NCBI GenBank assembly: GCA_028023455.1
Contig: JAQFVV010000005.1
Coordinates: 17,484,001-17,548,000 of the forward strand
Length of the DNA: 64,000 bases
Direction of reading: 5' to 3'
From: Epiperipatus broadwayi
Lineage: Eukaryota > Animalia > Onychophora
In this document: positions 27,281-39,228 of the stretch, in pieces
Numbering within the stretch: position 1 is the first letter of the stretch
Layout of the letters: the number at the start of each line of letters is the position of its first letter
Made by a program: the position numbers and the translations under genes
The notes under the pieces: model-generated
What the model was told of the DNA's origin: nothing
The model's input: the letters and a program-made list of their open reading frames with translations, nothing else
The model's database searches: none

Positions 27281-29429
27281 CCAGCACATGACTGAGAAGC
27301 ACCTTTGTGCAAGATAAATTTTAGAGCCGACCCTCCCCCCAATTCTATAAAATAAAAATTGTAAATTAAAACACATTTTTTCCCCCATTGCTTTTGCAAG
27401 AAAAACTTGAAAATATAGTTTTAGACATTTAATGTGTTTGGTAAATAACTTACATGTTTTATTCATTTATTTCTATAAAATAAACACAGAGAATAAAACA
27501 CATACTGAAATAAAACATATAATTGAACTTGCCATGTTATCTTGATTAAAAATCTTTCCATTAAAATCTTTTTAAATACATCAGTTTATATGTAAAATTA
27601 AAATAACAGTAATGAAAACATTGCACTGCTCCCTTCTTTTTCTCAGGCTAGCTCTGATATTATATAAGTAATTATATAATATATAAGTTACTTAACTAGT
27701 TATTAAAAATATTATGGACATCCAGAATATGATTCTTTGGAAACACCACTCTTCATAGTAAGGAGCAAAGAGAGCTTGGCACTTGACTTATCTCCATTAT
27801 TCTTTCTTAATCAATTTTTAGATCAACTTTAACCAGCAGGTCAGTAATTCATTAAAAATAGTTGTTTGTGTAAAAACCTATTGAAAAGCTCTGGTGCATA
27901 AACTTACATTTTCTATTAATAAATTGTTTTTCACTTCAATATTCCTTCAATAATAATATATTTACACTGACACTATTATTTAATTTTTTATCTGGTGTTA
28001 TTTCACTAACAAAAACTATAATTTATTATATATACAATCTGAAATTTTAAATTTTCTTACATTGTTTATATTTTATTAGGGCCATCAAACTATATCAATT
28101 TTAAATAAGTAGCTGATGTAATTCTTATATCCCATTAACACCTTCTTGTTAAAAAGAAAGTTCTTTGTTTTCAAAATCCATTTGTGATTTTTAAATCAGA
28201 TTCTCCCTGGCATAAAACTTGTTCATGTTTTCTATTAACAAAAATACTTTCAATATGGAAAAGGAAATAAACCTCCAGTTTATAAATATATAAATAGACT
28301 ATTTATTACAGTAAAAACACTTTCACTTGTTGTTTTCATTCAATAATAAAAATTTCCCATGAAATTTAAAATTAAATAATATCTTTTTAAAAATTATGTT
28401 TTTTTACTCATTCTGTTTTCCTTAGATTTGGACCATAGTATGGATTATGGGTCAATTGTGAGTTTTTAGCTAAATAATGCATCCAAAAAGAAATTGTTTA
28501 GTAAAACATGTACAAATATGCCATCTAAAAACAGATATCATTATTAAAAATAGGGAAAGTTATTTAGTAAAATGTGCAAATAGATTATGCAATATAATAA
28601 AAAAAAACAAAGATAACATTAGTGAAAAACTTTGGTACAACACAACATTGATCCTGCACCTCATATTTCAGATAAGGCTACTCTACCACTATTCCAACTG
28701 GCACAACACACTAAAACTTTGTAAAATATTATTAATATAAATAATTTGATTATAAGCAGAATTATTATAATTGTGAGGCAATATTTTTGAAATAAGTTTT
28801 ATTTTTAAATAAATTATTAATAATATGTTACTTTTCATATAAATTAGGTTATTTACATAAAAATGATTGGGAAATTTAAACATTTTCATTTACATATAAA
28901 TTTTATTAATTATAGTGACAAAAGGGCATTGGTCTTTTCGGTTTTGTGCAATGGTGAAGTATATATGAAATATATTTCAAGAACAAGAAATGTCACAATA
29001 AGTTTAAGTAAAGAAATATTCCATTTATATTTAAATAATAAATATTTACAATCAAAATGTGTATCTAAATATAAAATGATTCAGAAATCTAAACATTTAT
29101 GCATAAGTTTTTATTAATTATCATAACAAAATGGCATCAACCTGTTTGGTTTAGCATAATGATAAGAGTATATACACAGTATATTTTGAGTTCATGCCTA
29201 GAAATTTAAGACTCATGTAATTGTCACAAATAATTCCTTTTATATTTAAATAAAAAATATTCACAGTCAATGTATTTCTAATAATGAAATGATTCAAAAA
29301 TGTAAATCTTTTTATTTACATATAAATTTTATTTATTATGGTGGTATCTTGGAACCCCCATGATAAAGTGCTTTTGTGCTCTGCATAATGCATACCTGCA
29401 TGGGACGGCCCTGTTTAACCATATATTAA

Positions 29430-29660
29430 AACATGGAAAGATGTATATCATGAGTAACAAGGAAGACTGGAAAGTGAACTAGTTAAGTGAGAGAACAAAC
29501 AGTTACCACTAATACTATTGATAGAATTAAGAGACTGATATAGAATTGGATGTTATTAAAAAATATGACAATAAGTGGATAGTTGCAGCCTTAAAATGGA
29601 TTTAAAGATATCATAAAAGACCTAAAAAGAGATAATATGCAAGATAGGAAAATGAGGCCT
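29430..29660 (+). mobile_element. Degenerate RTE LINE fragment
   Basis: Residual MERC...REQT...IDRIKRL...DNKW...KRP pattern. Confidence 0.55.
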
Positions 29661-30969
29661 TAGGTATGCTAGAATATTCAATAATACATAAAAATAATTA
29701 TGATAATTTATTTACTGAAAGATGATCTTCATGATTTAGTAAACAATGAGAGTAATGGACTTCAAGAACTAAAGGCTCTTAATCAATTCCCACAGAGAAA
29801 TATGAAAGAAAAAGATCTGGACAATTGATTGCAATTTTTCCTCTGAGTTCTTTATGCTATATTTAAAAATGTTATTGTAGGATAAGCTTGAAACTTCCGG
29901 TTCTGTCACTTCCACTTTCAAGTTTTCCAGCAATAAAGCGATTCAATTATTTATTTTTAGTCAATTCAACTAAATATTTACACTAAAATATTATATATTA
30001 CTTTTTAATGTTCTATTCTAGAATATAGAAAAACGTTTTCTTTGATAAAATTAAATAATAATAATTGCATAATTTTTGCTGGGAATTCATTAAAAATTTA
30101 AGCACCGGAAATGACATAGTTGGCGCATGATTTATGGACTTTCAGCTCCACTGTCCATTTACTACTGAGCTACTCACATGCATACAGATATACATTATTT
30201 CAGCATCGTTACTTCCATGAGGAAAGTTAACTAATGATGGGGTAATTTATCGTCGCTTACCATCTGTCGATGAAATTTATTCTAACAATGCAATTTTTGA
30301 TATCAATTTTTAATTCATCATAGATACACATTATGTATACACATTTTTATCAACACGTAAAAAACTGTCTGCTTAAATATTATAAAATCATTTAATAATT
30401 ATTCTGATTAAATTGATATAAAACCATTTAATAATTTTATTACTTGATGACAGAAAGTCTTGCCAATGGCTAAAAAAGATGAAACAGTAAATATACATAA
30501 AACTTACCTTTATTAATTTTTAGTACTCACTATTAGAAACAATTTTTGACTTTGAAAGTATTTAAATCTGTTATTTACATAAATGTCTTTATTTTATAAA
30601 TCGGTATTCTAAATTTAGAACAAAAAAAGTGTTGTTATAAATGCTAATGAGCTGCATTAATTCAAATAGAAAGCATACAAGTTGTTTATAAATAAGTTCT
30701 ACTACATTACTTAAAAATTTAAACAGGTAGATATAATTATGGCTAAGCTTAAAAGTTAAACTATGTGAAAATTAAAAATATATTCGCTGTATACACATCT
30801 AATTATTTATTGCAGAAGTTGCGTTTTCTATGTATTTATGGGTGGGTAGTATACATACATATTAGACATGGTTTTATTTTGACTATTTATAGTCTCTGCC
30901 AAAAGTCTTAAGCAATTTTATATTGCTATGACTACTAATATATGGTATGGCTGAAGATCTATCAGCCCC

Positions 30970-31320
30970 ATATAGCTATTTGAGTTGGATAGCTGGGTTT
31001 GAAGACATGTAGATGTCTGAAAAATTCAGATTTTCCATTCAATAGATAACTTTTAGCTAAGTGCTTAGCTTTGGGTTGGTATTTTTAGACCTAGTGTCTG
31101 AACCTACCCTGACACCCTCTCTGAGGAGTGCCAAAGCACGAAACCATGGTCAGGGGTTTGGGGAGGGGTTCCTGACAGAGATATTTAAGTGCTGGCTCTG
31201 GCTAAGCATTTATCATAAAGCTTGTAGAGGAATTGAAAATCCTCACTGTTTATAACTTACAAGCTTAAGAGATAGGGTCATGTGATCTATAAATTGATCT
31301 ATGACTTTTATTTTGACAGT
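30970..31320 (+). mobile_element. Penelope-like terminal-repeat fragment related to family A
   Basis: gctatttgagttggatagctgg...atgtctgaaa...tcagatttt matches 23213-23275. Contains a hammerhead and a GTCATGTGA tail motif. Confidence 0.65.
31116..31156 (+). ncRNA. Minimal type I hammerhead ribozyme, fully intact
   Basis: CCTCT CTGAGGA GTGC-CAAA-GCAC GAAA CCATGG TC AGGGG. Perfect stem II, palindromic stem III ACCATGGT, GUC triplet. Confidence 0.85.
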
Positions 31321-32693
31321 TTACATATATGTTCGTAATTTCTCTATTCTGACTCAATGACAAAATCATAAAACCAAACAATATGTTCTTCAATTTGCTG
31401 AATGTTATGGTAAAGAACTTGAGTATGGTTTTCCTGGGAGAGATAGAGCCGATCTATGTTATTCTAAAGAAGTGCAATATTGATTGTTTCCATTGAGAAG
31501 TCATGGCAGAAAATAGAATACATTGTAGGGCTACAATTAGATATGGTGATGAAGTATTTCAGAAAGAAAAGTCTTCTGCTGACGAAATTAAGGAGACACA
31601 TTTGTGTTTCACAGATTGGTTGTATAGTCATCACAAAACTTATTTCTTAGGCAGTTTTTTTTCACTCCTTTCTTAAAGTTAGAATAGCTATAATCATTTG
31701 AGTGGTTCATCATAAATCATCATCATTATTATACAACTTTAGTTCAAAAACTGGAACCATTTCTTTAAAATTTAAGTCTATGTTTTAAATCCATATATTT
31801 TAACTATATTAAATTCAATAAATTAATAAGACAATTGCTATCATTGATCAAATATCTACTTTAATTTTACCAAATAATCAGATTAATAACTTTAATTATT
31901 TCATAACAACTGTCAAAATAATTAATAGCCAATCATGGACAAGTATGGGCATTCTCACCTCACACACACACACAAAAAAAAAAAGTTAGAAAAATAAAAA
32001 AATCCAAGAAGTTAAAATGAGTTTTAGCAATAAAAATCCAAGAAGTTAAAATGAGTTTTAGCAAACTAATTTGTGAATCATAATGTGAACCCACATATTA
32101 CATACCAATCTTTTAACAGTTTATTCAATATCTTGTCATGTTGTCTTTTAACTTTTTCTGCAGCAGAATATTATTTCTAAAAGGTTTTAATATATTGCCT
32201 AATTATAATTTCTATTGTCTTCTATCATTAATTATATGAAAACAATATTGCATTATTTTTAAATGCCTTTCAGTTAATCATTTTAAGGAAAATGATATCT
32301 TCATAAAAACTGCTCAATTTCATCTGTTATCCATTTACTTGGCACATTCAATTCACTCTAAATATGTGCATATAGGATTAGATTCAATAACAACATATGT
32401 AGCAACCTAAATAATCATATTGCTTTTATAATCTTGTAATATTTTCAGAATTTTTTAATGCATGCTTGAGTAAAAAAATTTCATTGTCTTTATGTTATGA
32501 TACTAGAGAGTTCATTGCTCACTTTCATGTAATCAACTTGGCACTGCATATATATATATATATAAATCTAACTTAGTAGTAGCAATTCTATCATTATGAT
32601 GAAATCTCTCTTCAACTTGTTTAATGCAGTTGCAAGACAGTTGGTCTGTGTTGCAAATCAGTAGTCAAATTTATCTTCCTATCTAAAAAACTA

Positions 32694-33125
32694 AACAAGG
32701 CAAAACTCTCCATACAGTAATGCCACCCTGTGCCAATTAGAATAATCGATGGATGCCAGAAGGCTTGTGCATAAAATCCCTATCTAGTGCTTACTCATCC
32801 AATATCCCCAGACTAGTTTCTGGCTTGTGGTCTTCGTCAGTGAGGAGCCTTGGATCTGAGAGCACTGCACCTAGATCTTAGGATCTAATGCAACCCTCCA
32901 GCAGCCACCTTTTATCTCTATTTAACTACAAAACTATGAGAATAAAATTGAAAACACAATAATATTTTCAATTTAAGCTCAATAGCTTATATAGTCATAT
33001 GCACAAACCTTCTGGCATACATTGATTACTCTGTTTGGCACAGGGTGGCACTACTGTATGGAGAGTTTTGCCTTGTTTAATAACAATTATGTGCTAGTAT
33101 GAGCTGGTGATCATGTGATGGTTAA
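32694..33125. mobile_element. Family B Penelope-like insertion with inverted arms
   Basis: 32694-32773 is inverted at about 32996-33078. Hammerhead on the minus strand at 32806-32845. Confidence 0.7.
32806..32845 (-). ncRNA. Minimal type I hammerhead ribozyme
   Basis: CCTCA CTGACGA AGACCACAAGCCA GAAA CTAG TC TGGGG. Palindromic stem III ACTAGT, with one stem II mismatch relative to the 1837 copy. Confidence 0.72.
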
Positions 33126-33500
33126 TGGTTTATCTAAAAAACTATCAAGATATTTCAAATGATTTGTATTTTCAAATTAATAACCATCAAACTCTAACAG
33201 TTGCTTAAAATTTTTCTTTCATCATTGATTGATAAATCAGCAGAATTTTTTTGAATAATAATCGCTATCACATAAGACTTTATAACTTGCAATAAATATA
33301 ATTGAATGATATATATTTCTCAGGAGTGCACAAAAAGTTTGGTCACTGATAATGATATGGCTTGACCATGATCTATGAACCTTGAATTTCAGAATCTATT
33401 ACTATATATATCACTGTACCAAATCGTAAAGAACAAAATAATTTTTGAATGATTTATTGCTTGAAAGTTTATAAAAGTTTGAATGCTGGAAATGATGGAG

Positions 33501-33587
33501 AGAGGTCATAATTCTGGTCTTTGAACTCTAGAGGTCACAATTCTGATCTTTGGACTCTAGAGGTTACAATTCTGGTCTTTGGACTCT
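33501..33587. repeat. 29-bp tandem repeat, 3 copies
   Basis: AGAGGT(C/T)A(T/C)AATTCTG(G/A)TCTTTG(A/G)ACTCT repeated head to tail. Confidence 0.85.
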
Positions 33588-34039
33588 AGAATCTATCACT
33601 TTACCAATATATCAAATCATTAACAGCAAACACAATTAAAACATTTAAAAATATTCTGTACATTTTCTTTTAAAATGATAAGAATAGCATAGTTATCAGT
33701 AAATAATAAATCCAGAATAAATAAAAAAAATTAAGAGTCACAGTTTAGTTGAAATCTCCACCATCATATCTATATTGCAACTTACTATCTTCTTCATAAA
33801 GCCATCTATGAACCATTCCAAACACTATAATTAAAAATGCAATATATCTCTGTTTAGCACCAATTTTCATTTCATAAGTCCCAGATTTTTCATTACCAAT
33901 AATAACATCATATTCCATTATGACAAAGCTATATAATAAGCTGCGTCACCAACTAAGACTGGGAAACCAGTGAACAAATACACATAAAAGAATAATATGA
34001 ATAGCAAATAGTCTACAACAACAATATCTCAACAGTTCA

Positions 34040-34735
34040 CTAATGTTCAATTCCCTCGATTTACTTTAAGACTGGCTGCTATAAAACGTTTCCCGTGGGT
34101 CTTGAATTTAAGCACACTTTGGCCCCAGCCCATTAGCTGCACACAAACACATCATAGTATAGGACTGTGACCCACATTAAGCTCCTTACAGCTTCCATCT
34201 CTGCAATAGTCCACCTGTAACTCAACTTGAAAACCACTGGAAATTAAATTCTTCATTTAGCTGCTATCCAGATGGTTTTCTGAGGCTACTGTCTCCCAAT
34301 CTCTATGGACCTATTCAGCTATTTCCCATGAACACATTTCTACTGAGTCTGCACGTTAACTAAAGGACTGATACAAAAATCTCTGCCACAGTGGAATTGA
34401 ACTGGAAAATCAACTGGAGATGCACTCAAATCATCCAAGTACTTGTTATCCACTCTTTTTATAGCTTTCTGATTACTTCTACAATTAATTACCTTCTTCA
34501 TATAGGGTAAGGAAGGTATTTAGATCCATAGCTAAATAAATTGTGCTTTCGGAATTCTTTACCATATAAGGCAATTTAGTCTCTTATCAAGAAATATTTG
34601 CAACAACAAATATTTCTTGGAATTTTATTGATTGCCATTATATTAATTCTTCCAATTAAATTTCTATAAATTATCAGTTCGTGATCTAAAAGAAATCTCT
34701 CTAATAAATTCTAGTTTTTCTGGAGTGCACAAATT
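34040..34735 (-). mobile_element. Old diverged LTR of the same family as the 42750-44263 element
   Basis: Collinear blocks align with the TRIM LTR, e.g. gtctcttatc.agaaa.atttg, caaatatttct.ggaatt and aataaattctagtttttctggagtgcacaaa. The left boundary is uncertain. Confidence 0.62.
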
Positions 34736-34809
34736 TATATAATATTTTTACAAAAATACAACATAATATAAGTAAACTCAAAGAACATGCAGTGAAGTTC
34801 ACACACTAT

Positions 34810-35045
34810 CATAAAACTAAGCCAAATGCTTTGATTAAATTAATAAAAACAATGTATAATTTGTACTTAGTGTTCACAATAATTTTCTTGCACTTTTTAC
34901 ATAAACAAGCCTTCTTCTATAATGCTTTTCAATTCTCTAAAACCATATCAAAATTTTGGTAACCATTTATATTCAATAAAATGTTGAAATTGCTTTTGAT
35001 ATAGTCCATAACAATGATATTCCGTGGTAATTACTGCAGTCCTCC
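34810..35045 (-). mobile_element. Degenerate LINE reverse transcriptase fragment
   Basis: DCSNYHGISLL...KLYIVFINLIKAF resembles the LINE RT motifs NYRGISLL...FIDLxKAFD. Confidence 0.6.
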
Positions 35046-36133
35046 ATGTAAAAAAATGTAGAGGTAAAGTGACCGAATCAAGAGTTAAAAGTAAACTAGA
35101 TCACAATTCAAGGGTGTTGCTCCATTGCTAATGCTCAAATAACATATGACTTCCTTAGCAGTCAAGTATTTAATTATTATATTTTTATTTAATTTGCTCT
35201 GATTAATGTCTATCCACCAGAGAAATCTTGTAACTGAATTTTTATCCACTTACCAATTTCCGATCTAATTGAAACATTGCATACATATGTACTCTCAATG
35301 AAACATATTTTTTTAGTTTTCAAACGCTTTTAGCCAAAAAAAAAGGGAAAAATTTATATTTTATATAGGATTTAGTATTCTTTTATAATACTGTCTTCTA
35401 GTAGAATTAAATTGTACTTAAATTTTCTTAATTCATAACTTCTAGAACTATATAAAACTAACTAGAAATTACTTGCAAGGTAATATCTACTTTCTTGTGT
35501 ATCAAGGTCAAATAAATGTTAGATTGCAAATGAGCTGATAAATAGACTGACGTTAGTACAATTTTTAAATTTAATTATTTCATACATTTATTCGTGAAAG
35601 CTGAAATCTAGCAACATCAAATTGCATTTAAACTTCATTCATATTAATTTCTGGAATTAGATAAAAATAACTTTTTTTTTTAAAGAAATGCTTTTATTCA
35701 TGTAAAAGTAAAAAAAAAAAACAACTAATTTTTCTTCATTTTCACCAATAAAAGTGTGAGCTCTCATGTTTAAAAAATGTATAAATGTCAATCTATTTAT
35801 TAGCATAGACTGGCATTGATACAATTGCCTCACACTTTTATTTGTGAAAGATGACAGCAATTTTTTTTAAACTTTATAATACATAGTAGAGGTGACTGTC
35901 CATCCCTCTTATATGTATTAAATAGTTTATGTTCTGTACATGAGGGGTCAGATTGACTTTAGGTCAACATGGGTGGGACAAAAATCTCAGCCTCAGGGTA
36001 GCCTTTGAGCGTTCCATCATCAGATTTTCAATAGGATGGATGGTGGAGTGGATTGAAGCCTGTCCATTAAAGTATGAAGATTGGCTATCTTAGTATAAAT
36101 CTGAGCATTTATTGCATATATGTGTAGAGATGG

Positions 36134-36177
36134 ACCAACTGATAATTGTTGGCTTAGCATGAATTGCGTATATTGGT
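36134..36177 (+). ncRNA. Decayed hammerhead copy
   Basis: ACCAA CTGATAA TTGTTGGCTTAGCAT GAAT TGCGTA TA TTGGT, with two core substitutions. Confidence 0.55.
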
Positions 36178-36561
36178 GATTATTTATCTTTTGACATATA
36201 TTGTGTTCAAGTGTATCAGTGTTGGGTCGTGTGGAAGTCTGTGCTCATATACTCTATATATTACACATATTGATACAGGTAAATCAGTTATTACACAGTA
36301 GAGATGTCTGCCCATCCTTCATACATGTATTAAATGGATTATGTCCTGTACATGAGAGGTCTGATTGACTTTAGGTCAACATGGGTGTGACAAGAATCTC
36401 AGCCTCAGGGTGGCCTTTGAGCGTTTCATCATCAGATTTTCAATTGGATGGACAGTTGAAGAGTTGGAGTGGATTGAAGCCTGTCTATTAAAAATGAAGA
36501 TTGGCTATCTTAATATATAACTGAGCACTCATTGCATATATGTGTAGAGATGATAATCTGG

Positions 36562-36605
36562 ACCAACTGATGATAGCTGGTTTAGCATGAAATACATATA
36601 TTGGT
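36562..36605 (+). ncRNA. Minimal type I hammerhead ribozyme
   Basis: ACCAA CTGATGA TAGCTGGTTTAGCAT GAAA TACATA TA TTGGT. Perfect stem I. Combined with the 36134 copy, the inferred ancestral stem III is the palindrome ATACGTAT. Confidence 0.7.
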
Positions 36606-36829
36606 GATTATTTATCTTTTCGACATATGTGTTCAAGCTTATCAGTGTTATGAGATAGAGTGGAGAGTGGTGGGTCATGTGAAAGTCTGTGCTCATATAC
36701 TCTATATATTACATATATTGATATAGGTATATAATAAGCTTGTATATCAGTTATTACATAGTAGAGATGCCTGCCCATCCCTTGTTGTGTATTAAATGGA
36801 TTATGTCCTGTACATGAGGGGTCAGACTG

Positions 36830-37060
36830 GCGTATGATAGTTTTGTGGAATGAAATTATAGAATTTTGCGTACCCTAAATTATTAATTGATATTGTATTT
36901 AGCGTAGTGAATGTGTCTTTAGGAAGCACATACATGCCTTTCCATCTTGCTGTATGTTTCTTATATGAATGGGTTTCTGGTTTTAATGGCCATCCCATAT
37001 ACTTAGTTTGTACAGCTCTTCTTTAGAACTGGAACATGAGAGTCCAGATTGTTTTTATAA
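36830..37060 (-). pseudogene. Possible degenerate GIY-YIG endonuclease relic (Penelope-like)
   Basis: Fragments KYMG...KH and HIHY..YNIN...KIL resemble the C-terminus of PLE endonucleases. Several stops and frameshifts. Confidence 0.3.
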
Positions 37061-38924
37061 GCTGCTCCGATCACCAAACTATATGTTCAATTAATTCATA
37101 ACAAGTCATACGGTTCTTGGGGCCCGCTTACATGGTAAGGAACCCCATGAGTAAAGACACCATTTGAAATGCACATCTTTAGAAATATATATAACATGCT
37201 GTAGTATCAGAAGTTATATTACAGATACTCCAGTTCATCCCTCCATTCAGTAATAAGATTTCAGCATTGATCTGAATATGTAGTCTGGTTTTATACATAT
37301 GTAATTGGCCTATAGAGACTATTACTGCTCATTATGTATTATTAAATGATCTTTATTAAATGTCATAGCAATAAATAATCATTTTTGCACTTGACTTAAC
37401 CATTGCAAACCTAAGAGGTAGAACATAGCACAATAAATCATGAATAGAGTGTAGATTAAATTTGTTAAAAACTCTTTTAAATTATGGTGCATCAGATGAG
37501 ATTCTGTTCTCAAACTTGCTCATCATTGTTACACCTGTGTGTGTCATTCAATGCACTTATGTTTATTTAATCTATATTTAATAATTAAAATATATTAAAT
37601 TATAATCAATGTGGTGTATGCCATTCATAGTCTATCCCATTCTTAGTTAAATTTATTAATATTAGCATTAATTGTTGATATGCATTACCTAGTCAACTAT
37701 AGATGTGGGTGTTTAGCTAAATTATTAGTAATTTAGTTATTATTTCCCGAGTCTCTTGCTCCACCCTTTGCTACTGCCGGCACACGAATTAAGAAACTCT
37801 GAGGGTGGCCTCATATATGTCATCCATAGGTTAGTAAAGCATGGAGTGTTGGTGGAGGAATGGAGGTGAATCTGATTCGAGGTCTCAACCCCTCATCTAG
37901 AACAGCCTTGGGCTAATTTGCCAAGACTCCGGATTTTGTTGTGTGAATATACAAACATGACCGATACAATATATATCTATACATTAGAAATTTTTATTAT
38001 TTTATTTTCATGATAGATGTTGCAAGTCATTTATTATTACAAAAACAGTACTAATACTAATATTACTACTGGTACTATTACTAATAATATATGTAAATAT
38101 ATAAATACATGTTTAGTAAACTATTTTCCTTATAAGTGAGACTAATACAGTTAATTGTTATGCTTGTAAAATATTTTTGGTGCATTTTAAACAGTTGCAT
38201 ATTGAATAAATTCACATTCATATATGTTGTATGTGATAGATATCAAGAAGAAATATTACCCATTTTTCAAACTTGCCATATTTTTCATTTCTAAGACTAT
38301 GTTCCACATATGCACAATCAAACTCAAATAACTGTTCAAAATATGTAGAACACTTATTTCCCTATAATACATTTATAATTATTCGTATACCCAAAACCAT
38401 ACAGCCTGATTGCTACTCCATTACATTTGATAATAAAAATACAATGTACTTAAAAGAAACAACAAAGAATGGTTTGATATATACTTATGTTTCCTAAAAT
38501 TTTTACCAAGAATGTCATGAAGAAAATCTGGCAGTCTACAATTTTTTTAGTTACACAATTAGCATGGGTTTGCTTTTCAAACTTAGTTTACTAAACTTAA
38601 TATAGAAAATACAGATTTAAAATAAAAATTACCTCTAACCTTTCATGCAAATATATACAAGATTTTCAAAAACTAAACATCTTAAAGTATTTATGCATTG
38701 TAATTGCATATTCAACAAAACTTGTTGCTTATCCTTTTGGATAATGTAATTATTGATTTATTATTTTGCGATATTTGGATAATGTATAGACGGTACATGA
38801 TTAAAAGTTATTGATTTGTGAAATATTAATATATTTAATTTAAACAATTTTGTAACTGTGCTAATATTTGTAAACATTCTGTTTGTCAATTAAAAAAACA
38901 ACTAATTACAACTAAATTGCTTAC

Positions 38925-39228
38925 TTCGAATGCTTGTGTCTGTTAGCATGGCCAATTCTATATCTCTATCTAAACTACTGCTTAGCAGTTGATGTTTTGC
39001 ACTCCTTTTCGGACTCCCTGTTAAGTCGCCATTAGAAAGAAACCTCAGAGCTGAATCTGGTGTCGATGTTCCACTTTCCGGCGATGTTTGAACTTCAGCA
39101 GAAACCGTGCAAGATGACCGATTGGCCTGTTTGTACGCCTGCTTTTTGATGGAAATAAGTTCCAGAAGTAATTCTTCATGTCTGACTGCTTGCAATTCAT
39201 ATTTAGTTTCTAATTCACGTAGTTTTGA
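38925..39228 (-). CDS. Rbp: RIM-BP coiled-coil/linker exon (SKLRELETKYELQAVRHEELLLEL...TDTSIR)
   Basis: Long poly-T acceptor ending TAG at 39229-39230 and donor GTAAGC at 38923-38924. 304 nt open frame, phase 0 to 1. Coiled-coil composition is consistent with the RIM-BP N-terminal region. Confidence 0.8.

Larger units (their letters stand above)
35884..36830. repeat. Head-to-tail tandem array (about 2.2 units of ~410-460 bp), each full unit carrying a hammerhead motif
   Basis: Units start at about 35884, 36297 and 36760 (agtagag.tg.ctg.ccatcc). Hammerheads on the plus strand at 36134-36177 and 36562-36605. Confidence 0.8.

Noticed and set aside
30243-30290. Strong donor ATG|GTAAGC at 30261 suggesting an exon
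   Set aside because: The nearest acceptor gives an in-frame stop in the required phase 1. The donor at 30508 fails in the same way.
33501-33587. 29-bp repeats resembling a CRISPR array
   Set aside because: Head-to-tail with no spacers, in a eukaryotic intron, with no cas genes.
36395-36440. C/D box-like TGATGA...CTGA with a short terminal stem on the minus strand (also at about 35980-36025)
   Set aside because: Only about 26 nt between the boxes, too short for a snoRNA, and it lies in a decaying repeat.
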